24,106 bases of DNA from Candidatus Iainarchaeum sp. (GTDB lineage: Archaea > Iainarchaeota > Iainarchaeia > Iainarchaeales > Iainarchaeaceae): the NCBI GenBank assembly GCA_043812975.1, contig JBDRLP010000034.1, positions 1-24,106 on the forward strand, written 5' to 3'. The first letter of the stretch is position 1; each line of letters starts with the position of its first letter. Position numbers and translations under genes: made by a program. Positions 16,318 to 24,106 of the stretch are shown piece by piece. Below the pieces are notes generated by a model that did no database searches, was not told the origin of the DNA, and saw only the letters and a program-made list of their open reading frames with translations.

Positions 16318-17090
16318 CCTAAGTAATCCAGTGTACTTTCAAATATTCCTTTGGTTTTTCCAGGATTATAATTAAAATAAATGCTTTTTCCGATTACAAG
16401 ATTCTTCTCAGCAATTCCAATGAATTCTTTTCCGTCGGTTCCTCTTTCAATAAAAGCAATTTCTTTTCCTGTTAGGCCAATGTCAAATATTTCGAAAGTA
16501 GCAGTGTATGATGGGTCAGCTGGAAAAATATCTATTCCTTGTAGTATTGGATGACTTTCATCTTTTCTCAAAAGTTTTCCCTGAATTAATAATCTGTTAA
16601 CACAGGTTGGCTGATCATTCACAATTCTGTCACATTCAACAGGAATTATATCTTCAAATGTGTTTTTCCATCCGATAACATCAAATGAATCAGGCCTTCG
16701 TGTTCCTGAATCTTTTACAAGTATAAAGCTTCCGCCTTTTTTCACAAAAGCAACAACAGCATCGCCAAGTGCCTTAGTAACTTCTTTACTTGCTTCTTTG
16801 CTTTGATCAAGCATTACAATTTCGTATTCTGCAAGTATTTCTCCAGGGTTTCTGTCTAATGATTGAGGCGTTCTTACAGTATAATCAATTGTTTTACTTT
16901 CATTCAAAACAGCTAAAGTTTCCTCACTTGATGAACCAATTACCAGCATTTTTGTTTTTTGTGGGGCATTCCCTAAAGAAATAATATTAAAATTTACCAA
17001 AAGAAATCCAATTACAACCAAGGCTACGAGTCCAATAACTATTTTTTTTATTTGATTGTTTTTTGGTTGTGGTTCGTCCATTTCATCCAT
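16314..17090 (-). CDS. Hypothetical membrane-anchored protein with a possible class I glutamine-amidotransferase-like fold
   Basis: N-terminal TM helix; LAEYEIVML...FVKKGGSFILV...HPILQG...GKSIYF pattern. Confidence 0.65.
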   Translation of the reverse strand: MDEMDEPQPKNNQIKKIVIGLVALVVIGFLLVNFNIISLGNAPQKTKMLVIGSSSEETLAVLNESKTIDYTVRTPQSLDRNPGEILAEYEIVMLDQSKEASKEVTKALGDAVVAFVKKGGSFILVKDSGTRRPDSFDVIGWKNTFEDIIPVECDRIVNDQPTCVNRLLIQGKLLRKDESHPILQGIDIFPADPSYTATFEIFDIGLTGKEIAFIERGTDGKEFIGIAEKNLVIGKSIYFNYNPGKTKGIFESTLDYLG

Positions 17091-17129
17091 TTAGACCGTT
17101 CTAAATAGGCTTTTCTGGTTTATTAAGGT

Positions 17130-19577
17130 TTAGTTTATTTCTATTTTTATTTCTTCAGAATTCCCTGCGGGACTCCCTTTGGTCGCAGTTTTTTCAGTTT
17201 TAAGTTCCATAATTTTCATTGTCTGCTTAATATCTTCAGAAACTTTTTCAATTAAATCAGCATCCTTAAAACTAACCTTAACACTTGCAAGTTCAGCATT
17301 CATTGAAAGATTATTTTCAGATTTATACTTCCTAATCATAGCAATAATTTCCTTTGCAATTTCCCCTGCTTTTTCAGATTCTTCATTAATCAAATCTTCA
17401 TCAAGCACAGGCCATTTCTCCAAATGAATCGATTTTTCCTTTGCAATTTTCTTAAAGTTGCTCTGGAAAATTTCTTCAGAAATATGCGGTACAAAAGGAG
17501 CAATCATTTTCAATAATTCAGTAATTATTTTTACAAGCACTATCTTTGCGGTTTCATTTTCTTCATTTTCTTCTTCAGAATAAACCCTGTGCTTTACCAT
17601 TTCAATATAATAATCAGCAAACTCCAACCAGAAGAAATTACGAACCGCACTCAGAGCTTTTGAAAATTCATAAACATCAAGCGAGTCAGTTGCTTCTTTT
17701 TTTACTTTTGCAAACCTGCTCAAAATCCATTTATCAACTTCTCTCAAATTCCCTTTAACTTTTTCAAAATCTTCAAGTGTAACTCCTTCAGTTTTCATTG
17801 CAACAAATCTTGAAGCATTGGAAATTTTCATTAAAAACTTTTTTCCAGAAATAAATTCCTTCTCTTGAAAAGGCAAATCTTCGCCTAAAGAACCTGCAGC
17901 GGCCCAATATCTAAGCATGTCAGCTGAATACTTTTCAATCATTTCCACAGGCTCTATTGCATTCCCAAGGCTTTTGCTCATTTTTCTTCCTTTTGGATCA
18001 AGTGCATGTCCTGAAATCATTATGTCTTTCCAAGGCAAACTCTTGTCGTGGAAATAAGCTTTTACAATTGTGTTAAATGCCCATAAAGTGATAATATCAT
18101 GTGCCTGAGGCCTCATACTCATTGGGAACAATTTTTTGTGAAATTCTTTATTCTCTGCCCATCGTGAATTAATTTGCGGAGTAAGTGAAGAAGTCATCCA
18201 TGTATCCAGAACATCCTTTTCAGGAACAAATTCTTTTCCTTTACATTTTGGACATTCACTCACAGGAGGTTTATCCTGCATTGGATCTACAGGAAGCTGT
18301 TCTTCTTTAGCAATTATTTCTGTATCACATTTTTTACAATACCAAACCGGAAAAGGAACCCCGAAAAACCTTTGCCTTGAAATACTCCAATCCCACTGTA
18401 AACCTTTAATCCAATTATCATACCTTGCTTTCATGTGCTGTTTCGGAAACCAGTTTAGTTCTTCTCCTTTTTTCAAAAATTCTTTTTTCAAATCCATGTA
18501 TTTTACAAACCATTGTTTTGTTGAATATACTTCAATTTGAGTTTTGCATCTTTCATGAACGCTTACATCGTGTATTATTGGTTCTATTTTTTCAACATGA
18601 TTTCCTTTTTGCAAGGCATCGATTATTTTTTTCCTTGCTTCTTCTGCTTTCAAACCTGCGTATTCTTTGGCTATTTCATTTAGTCTTCCGTCTTTTCCAA
18701 CAACTGATTTGATTTTGAATTGAGGATGTTTAGCAACGAATTCTATACTTGTTGCATCACTGTAAGGACACCAGTAAACAGCACCTGTCCCAAAATCAAT
18801 TTTTGCTGATTCATCTGCGATAATCGGGACCCATTCATTGCTGATTGGTATTTTTGCTTTCTTTCCTACAAAATCTTTGTATCTTTTATCATCCGAGTGT
18901 ACTGTAATGCATATACATGCGTGCAGTAATTCCGGTCTAGTTGTGGCGTATGTAATTTGTTTTCCGCCTTCAACTTCAGCTTTGATGTAAACAAAATTTG
19001 ATGGAAATTCTTTATCCTCCAACTCCGCCTGTGCGATTGCTGTTTCACAGGTTGGACACCACATGCTTGGTGCATCTTTTCTGTAAACTCTTTTCATTTT
19101 GTGAATTTCAATAAAACTTTTCTGGCTTGTTTTTCTTTCAAAAGAATCAATTGTTCTGTAAAGTAAATTCCAATCTACACTCAAACCAAGTGAATAAAAA
19201 TCATCTTTCATTATTTCTTCATGCTTCTTAGTTTCCTCAAGGCAGATTTTTATGAACTCTTCTCTTGTAAAATCCTTGGCTCTTATTTTCCTACTTTTCT
19301 CAACAAGCCTCTCTGTTGCTAATCCATTATCGTCAAACCCAAATGGGTAGAATACATTGAACCCTCGGCTTCTCTTGTAACGTGCAATAAAATCTGCCTG
19401 AGTATAAGAAAAAGCATGTCCTAAATGCATTTTTCCGCTTACTGTTGGTGGAGGCGTATCAATAGAATATATGCTTCCGTCTCTTTTTGGGTCAAAAGAA
19501 TAAACCTTGTCAGATTCCCATTTCTTTTGCCATTTTTTCTCTATTGCGTGAAAATCCGTTCCTTTCTTTTCAGCCAT
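17130..19577 (-). CDS. valS: Valine--tRNA ligase (archaeal type)
   Basis: DTPPPTVSG.MHLGH, TTRPE, WSISRQR, LDTW, KMSKS. ATG 19577 follows SD AGGTG. Confidence 0.96.
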   Translation of the reverse strand: MAEKKGTDFHAIEKKWQKKWESDKVYSFDPKRDGSIYSIDTPPPTVSGKMHLGHAFSYTQADFIARYKRSRGFNVFYPFGFDDNGLATERLVEKSRKIRAKDFTREEFIKICLEETKKHEEIMKDDFYSLGLSVDWNLLYRTIDSFERKTSQKSFIEIHKMKRVYRKDAPSMWCPTCETAIAQAELEDKEFPSNFVYIKAEVEGGKQITYATTRPELLHACICITVHSDDKRYKDFVGKKAKIPISNEWVPIIADESAKIDFGTGAVYWCPYSDATSIEFVAKHPQFKIKSVVGKDGRLNEIAKEYAGLKAEEARKKIIDALQKGNHVEKIEPIIHDVSVHERCKTQIEVYSTKQWFVKYMDLKKEFLKKGEELNWFPKQHMKARYDNWIKGLQWDWSISRQRFFGVPFPVWYCKKCDTEIIAKEEQLPVDPMQDKPPVSECPKCKGKEFVPEKDVLDTWMTSSLTPQINSRWAENKEFHKKLFPMSMRPQAHDIITLWAFNTIVKAYFHDKSLPWKDIMISGHALDPKGRKMSKSLGNAIEPVEMIEKYSADMLRYWAAAGSLGEDLPFQEKEFISGKKFLMKISNASRFVAMKTEGVTLEDFEKVKGNLREVDKWILSRFAKVKKEATDSLDVYEFSKALSAVRNFFWLEFADYYIEMVKHRVYSEEENEENETAKIVLVKIITELLKMIAPFVPHISEEIFQSNFKKIAKEKSIHLEKWPVLDEDLINEESEKAGEIAKEIIAMIRKYKSENNLSMNAELASVKVSFKDADLIEKVSEDIKQTMKIMELKTEKTATKGSPAGNSEEIKIEIN

Positions 19578-19646
19578 CAAAAACACCTATAATTAGTTAT
19601 TTCAATAGAATAAGGCTTAAAAAAGGTGTTTTATGAACGATTAAAT

Positions 19647-20768
19647 TCACTCAAAAATCCCTTTCAATTTCCCAAAAATACCCTTTCTTGTCTTTGCGGT
19701 TTCTTCTTCGCCCTGAAGTTCTTCCAGAATTTTCTTCATTTTTTTGGATATTTTTTCAGGTGTTTTTACAACAACTCTCACATATTGGTCTCCAAAATCC
19801 TTTCTCTGAAGTTTTTGAATTCCTTTTTCTTTCATTTTGAATAAAGTTCCTGATTGGGTTCCTGAAGGGACTTTTAGTTTTGCTTTTCCTTTCAAAGTAG
19901 GAATTTCAATTTCATTTCCTAAAGCGGCTTCGCTGAAGGAAATTGGTAATTCCATAAAAATATCAAAACCATCTCTTTTGAAAACTTCATGCGGTTCAAC
20001 AAAAATAATTGTAATCAAATCTCCTTTGACTGCGCCTTTTTCTCCATCATTCCCCTGATCTCTTAATCTTAAGTGATTTCCAGAATCAATTCCTGCAGGG
20101 ATTGTAATGCTAATCTTTTTTCTTTTGTGTTCTCTTCCAGAACCCGAACAATCAGGGCAAGGCTCCTCTACCTGTTCTCCTTCTCCTTTACATTTTCTGC
20201 AGGTGCTTTGAGTTGCAATAGTTCCTAGGAAAGTTCTTCTGATTTGTTTTTCCATTCCTGAACCATTACAAACATTACAAGTAACTATTTTTGTCCCGGG
20301 TTTTGCTCCTGAACCTTTACAATTATCACATTCCTCTATTCTGTCAACTTCAATTTCTTTTTTGGTTCCAAATGCTGCTTCTTCAAAACTCAATGAAAGT
20401 TTAACAATAATATCTTCGCCTCTTCTCGGGCCTCGTCTTCCTTGCCCAAAAATATCTTCAAAGCCTCCTCCTCCAAAACCGAATGATTCGAAAATATCTG
20501 AGAAATCAAAACCTTCCCCCCCGAAACCCTGAAAACCGCCTTGACCAAACCTTTCAGATTGTTCACCAAACTGGTCATAGTTTCTTCTTTTTTGTTCATC
20601 GCCTAAAACAGAATAAGCATGCTGAACATCCTTGAATTTTTGTTCAGCATCGGTTTCTTTGGAAATATCCGGGTGGTATTTTTTTGCAAGTTTTTTGTAG
20701 GCTTTCTTGATTTCTTCCTGAGAAGTACCTCTTTGAATTCCTAGAATATTGTAGTAATCTTTTGCCAT
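19647..20768 (-). CDS. dnaJ: Chaperone DnaJ
   Basis: J domain with HPD, G/F-rich region, four CxxCxGxG repeats; start at MAKDYY. Confidence 0.97.
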   Translation of the reverse strand: MAKDYYNILGIQRGTSQEEIKKAYKKLAKKYHPDISKETDAEQKFKDVQHAYSVLGDEQKRRNYDQFGEQSERFGQGGFQGFGGEGFDFSDIFESFGFGGGGFEDIFGQGRRGPRRGEDIIVKLSLSFEEAAFGTKKEIEVDRIEECDNCKGSGAKPGTKIVTCNVCNGSGMEKQIRRTFLGTIATQSTCRKCKGEGEQVEEPCPDCSGSGREHKRKKISITIPAGIDSGNHLRLRDQGNDGEKGAVKGDLITIIFVEPHEVFKRDGFDIFMELPISFSEAALGNEIEIPTLKGKAKLKVPSGTQSGTLFKMKEKGIQKLQRKDFGDQYVRVVVKTPEKISKKMKKILEELQGEEETAKTRKGIFGKLKGIFE

Positions 20769-20778
20769 GTTTTTCCGC

Positions 20779-21000
20779 CTACGCAAGTTCCTTGATTAGA
20801 TAGCCGGAAGCAATAAGAATTATAATTCCAAGTAATATTGAAATTGAATAACCAAGCAGTTCTTTTCCAGGGAGGAAAACAGAGTCAAAATAATCAAGCA
20901 AACCCCAAATTCCTCTCCAAAAACTTATGACTGCTACACCAATTATTATTGTGAATGTAATTTGGTGTTTTTCTTTTATCTTTCCAAAATATTTCCACAT
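20779..21000 (-). CDS. Small two-TM membrane protein with a FWRGIWGLLD motif
   Basis: 73 aa from ATG 21000 with SD AGGTG; lies between dnaK and dnaJ. Confidence 0.75.
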   Translation of the reverse strand: MWKYFGKIKEKHQITFTIIIGVAVISFWRGIWGLLDYFDSVFLPGKELLGYSISILLGIIILIASGYLIKELA

Positions 21001-21028
21001 AGTAACACCTTTACAATAAAGCATCTAT

Positions 21029-22921
21029 TTATTTCTTCTTCTTTTTCTCTTTGTCTTCTTCTGTAAATTCAGCATCAACAACCTTTTCGCTTTTAGAGGA
21101 ACCCTTTTTATCTTTCTTTCCCTCAGTTGCTGATTCTTGTGCTTGCTGTTGCTTTTGTGCTTCTTCCTGAGCTTTTTTGTAAAGCTCTGCGGAAGCTTCC
21201 TGAACCTCCTTATTAAGTTCCTCAAGTTTTGCTTTCAAAGCAGAAATATCTTTCTTTTCAGGTTCAAGTAATTTCTTGAGTTCCTCGTTCTTTTCCTTAA
21301 TAACTTTAATCTTGTCTTCTGGAATTTTTCCTTTCATTTCTTCCATCATTTTTTCCGTAGAATAAACAGTTGCATCTGCTGTGTTTATTGTTTCAATTTC
21401 TTCCTTCTTTTTCTTATCCTCATCAGCATGGGCTTCTGCATCTTTTTTCATTTTTTCAATTTCTTCTTCACTGAGTTTATTTCCTGCAACAATCTTGATG
21501 CTTTGTTCTTTTCCGGTTCCAAGGTCCTTTGCAGTAACGTGAACGATTCCATTTGCATCAATATCAAAGGTTACTTCTATTTGTGGAACTCCTCTTTGTG
21601 CTGGTGGAATACCTATTAATTGGAATCTTCCTAATGTTTTATTATCAGGGGCCAGTTCTCTTTCTCCTTGTAGAACATGAATATCAACTGCTGGCTGATT
21701 ATCAGATGCGGTTGAGAAAATTTGACTTTTTTTGGTTGGGATAGTTGTGTTTCTTTGGATTAAAGGAGTTCTTACTCCTCCAAGAGTTTCTATTCCGAGA
21801 GTTAAAGGGGTGACGTCAAGGAGCAGAACATCTTTGACTTCTCCGGAGAGAACTCCGCCTTGAATTGCTGCTCCCATTGCCACACATTCCATTGGGTCAA
21901 CTCCTCTTTCTACTTTTGCGCCTATTTCGGATTCAACGAATTTCTGAACAGAAGGCATTCTTGTTGGCCCGCCTACTAAAATAATTTTATTAATATCTCC
22001 AGGAGTTGCTTTAGCGTCTGCTAATGCCTGTTGTATAGGTTTATCACATTTCTTGATTATTGGCATTACCAATTCCTCAAGCTTAGCCCTGTTTAGTTTC
22101 AATTGTAAATGCTTTGGCCCGTCCTGAGTTGCTGTTAAGTAAGGAAGATTAATTTCAGTTTCAAGAGTAGTTGATAATTCAATTTTTGCTTTCTCTGCTG
22201 CTTCTCTTAATCTTTCCATTGCTGTGTTATCTTTTGTTAAATCAAAGTTTTCTTTTTTCTTGAATTCCTCAATCAAATACTTGGTTAAGGTTTCATCCAT
22301 GTCTCTTCCTCCAAGCTGAGTGTCTCCGCTTGTGGATTTAACTTCGAAAACTCCGTCTTCGTATTCCATTACTGTAACATCGAGTGTTCCTCCACCCAAA
22401 TCAAAAACAAGTATTTTGAAATTCTTTTCTTTCTTATCAAGTCCATAAGAAAGTGAAGCCGCAGTTGGTTCATTAACAATCCTTTCTACTTTCAGGCCTG
22501 CAATTTCTCCTGCGTCCTTTGTAGCCTGTCTTTGGTTGTCATCAAAATAAGCCGGAACAGTAATAACTACCTTTTCTACTTTGTATCCTAAAAACTCTTC
22601 TGCATCTTTTTTGATTTTTTGTAAAACAAAAGCGGATAATTGCTGAGCAGTGTATTCTTTGTCTCCTGCTTTGAACTTTTTGTTGGTTCCCATGTCTCTT
22701 TTAAAACCTGAAAAAGTTCTGTCAGCATTAGTAACTGCCTGTCTCCTTGCTGGTTCTCCAACAAGCATTTGGCCTTCTTTTGTAAATGCTACAACGCTTG
22801 GAAATGATTTTCCGTAAGCTGTGTTTCCCTCAGCACTTGGGATTATTTTTGGTTTTCCTCCTTCTAATACTGCTGCTGCTGAATTGCTTGTCCCTAAATC
22901 GATTCCGATTATTTTTCCCAT
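21029..22921 (-). CDS. dnaK: Chaperone DnaK (Hsp70)
   Basis: [32 protein letters not shown]-terminal VVDAEF. Confidence 0.98.
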   Translation of the reverse strand: MGKIIGIDLGTSNSAAAVLEGGKPKIIPSAEGNTAYGKSFPSVVAFTKEGQMLVGEPARRQAVTNADRTFSGFKRDMGTNKKFKAGDKEYTAQQLSAFVLQKIKKDAEEFLGYKVEKVVITVPAYFDDNQRQATKDAGEIAGLKVERIVNEPTAASLSYGLDKKEKNFKILVFDLGGGTLDVTVMEYEDGVFEVKSTSGDTQLGGRDMDETLTKYLIEEFKKKENFDLTKDNTAMERLREAAEKAKIELSTTLETEINLPYLTATQDGPKHLQLKLNRAKLEELVMPIIKKCDKPIQQALADAKATPGDINKIILVGGPTRMPSVQKFVESEIGAKVERGVDPMECVAMGAAIQGGVLSGEVKDVLLLDVTPLTLGIETLGGVRTPLIQRNTTIPTKKSQIFSTASDNQPAVDIHVLQGERELAPDNKTLGRFQLIGIPPAQRGVPQIEVTFDIDANGIVHVTAKDLGTGKEQSIKIVAGNKLSEEEIEKMKKDAEAHADEDKKKKEEIETINTADATVYSTEKMMEEMKGKIPEDKIKVIKEKNEELKKLLEPEKKDISALKAKLEELNKEVQEASAELYKKAQEEAQKQQQAQESATEGKKDKKGSSKSEKVVDAEFTEEDKEKKKKK

Positions 22922-22927
22922 TGCTCA

Positions 22928-23116
22928 TCATCTCCTTTTTTTGTTTTTTAGATGTTTAATTTCAATTTCATAATTTTCTGGCGTCCCATAAGGTATTCTT
23001 ATCAAAGGTTCACCAACTTGATTTCCCTTTCTTAAATTAATAATTGCTTCAGCTAAAGCATTTGTATGATTTAAATTTGCACTATTACCATTTCCAAACA
23101 AAACCCATTTTCCCAT
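22928..23116 (-). CDS. Hypothetical 62-aa protein
   Basis: Fills the grpE-dnaK gap; ATG 3 nt after the grpE stop, and its 3' end carries the dnaK SD (AGGAG). Confidence 0.55.
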   Translation of the reverse strand: MGKWVLFGNGNSANLNHTNALAEAIINLRKGNQVGEPLIRIPYGTPENYEIEIKHLKNKKRR

Positions 23117-23119
23117 AAA

Positions 23120-23593
23120 TTATTCCTCCTTTTTATTCACCTTGACCTTCGCAGGTCTCAAAATTTTTCCGTTTAAAGTATAACCTTTCTGAAATTCTTC
23201 CAGAATTTCATTGTCTTTTCCTTCTTCTTTTACAGTCATCATACATTCATGAAAGTCATGGTCAAATGTTTTTCCAACACTTTCAATCTTCTTAACCCCG
23301 TTTTTTTCCAGTATTTGAGTTAACTGCTTTTGGACGATTTCAAATCCTTTTTTCATTTCCTCATTATTGCTTTTTTCAGCTTCTCTGATTCCTTCTCCAA
23401 GAGAATCAACCAACGGCAAGAAATCCTTAATTATTTCTGCATTTGCTATTGTTCTGAAATTCTGCATTTCTTTTTCTGTTCTTTTTTGAAAATTTTCAAA
23501 TTCTGCTTGGATTCTTTGCATATTGTCCTTATATTCCTCAGAAAGCGCCTTTGCTTCCTGTAATTCCTTATTATTTTCTTTTTTTTTTGTCAA
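23120..23593 (-). CDS. grpE: Nucleotide exchange factor GrpE
   Basis: AEFENFQKR, FLPLVDSL, FDHDFHE, QKGY...ILRPAKVKV. Probable TTG start at 23593 after GAGGGA (alternative 23605). Confidence 0.95.
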   Translation of the reverse strand: MTKKKENNKELQEAKALSEEYKDNMQRIQAEFENFQKRTEKEMQNFRTIANAEIIKDFLPLVDSLGEGIREAEKSNNEEMKKGFEIVQKQLTQILEKNGVKKIESVGKTFDHDFHECMMTVKEEGKDNEILEEFQKGYTLNGKILRPAKVKVNKKEE

Positions 23594-23619
23594 AAAATCC
23601 CTCAAGCAAAACTAAAAAA

Positions 23620-23691
23620 TGTTCAAACTATTTGAACAATAACTAAACTCTTTAGACGAAGGTTTTTTAAAGGTTTCATCTAAGTTTAGTT
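23620..23691. promoter_or_regulatory. Bidirectional promoter with palindromes between grpE and the HTH regulator
   Basis: TGTTCAAA-CTA-TTTGAACA (23620-23638); arms AACTAAAC-tct-TTAGACGAA and TTCATCTAA-GTTTAGTT flank a central TTTTTTAAA. Confidence 0.6.
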
Positions 23692-23693
23692 TT

Positions 23694-24106
23694 ATGGAAG
23701 TTGATCCTAATAGAGTTTCTTTCAAAATTGTTGTTAAAAGGGTCGAAAGGCCCTTTTCTCACGATCCTTTAGACGAGTTTGAATGGTTATGTCAAACATT
23801 AGGTTTTTTGGAGCCTATTGATAAGGATAAAACCGCAGCTTCTATTTTCAAGGTTATGCTGGCTGCGTCTGATAAAGGTCAGGCTTTGAGTTCAACTGCT
23901 ATTGCTGATCAGATTGGAATGAGCAGAACCGCGGTTATTAATCATTTGAACAGCCTTATGAGGTCCGGTATTGTGGTCAGGGCTGGAAAATATTATGTTT
24001 TACGTTCAAGGTCTATGCTTCGTACTATAGAAGAGATTCAGGAAGATGTTGAAAGGATTTTTGCAAAAATGAAAAAAACAGCTCTTGAAATAGACCAGGA
24101 ATTAGG
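23694..24106 (+). CDS. Winged helix-turn-helix (ArsR-like) transcription regulator, truncated by the window end
   Basis: Manual translation: MEVDPNRVSFKIVVK...ALSSTAIADQIGMSRTAVINHLNSLMRSGIVVRAGKYYVLRS...; open to the end of the window and not in the ORF track. Confidence 0.85.
   Translation, partial: MEVDPNRVSFKIVVKRVERPFSHDPLDEFEWLCQTLGFLEPIDKDKTAASIFKVMLAASDKGQALSSTAIADQIGMSRTAVINHLNSLMRSGIVVRAGKYYVLRSRSMLRTIEEIQEDVERIFAKMKKTALEIDQEL

Noticed and set aside
192..23563. Numerous short antisense or alternate-frame ORFs in the track (e.g. 8623-9027, 9562-9993, 14021-14341, 21025-21225)
   Set aside because: They are shadows of well-supported genes, with no recognisable motifs.
23579..23588. 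A10 tract at the grpE 5' end as a phase-variation or frameshift site
   Set aside because: The frame is intact and Lys-codon runs are common in this AT-rich sequence.

Overview
AT-rich archaeal core-genome region; the gene content and style suggest a DPANN-type archaeon, possibly Diapherotrites/Iainarchaeota (inference). It carries sepF with a tail-anchored partner, the UPF0147-DP1-DP2 (PolD) operon, a NOG1 GTPase, secF-secD, a RelE-type toxin-antitoxin pair, carS coupled to an archaeosortase, sppA, rps15-rps3ae-DUF92, bud32, two membrane-anchored hypotheticals, valS, and a grpE-dnaK-dnaJ operon with two small intercalated ORFs. That operon is divergent from a winged-HTH regulator cut by the window edge. 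No rRNA, tRNA, CRISPR, IS element or intein was seen. Most notable signal: a duplicated GC-rich structured RNA motif (invariant loop GAGCACAAGCGAAG on stems with compensatory changes) upstream of both rps15 and rps3ae, a candidate archaeal ribosomal-protein leader. Also notable: an unlisted 32-aa pilin-like peptide, a palindromic bidirectional promoter linking the HTH gene to the chaperone operon, a ValRS apparently lacking the editing Asp, and non-canonical PolD motifs.
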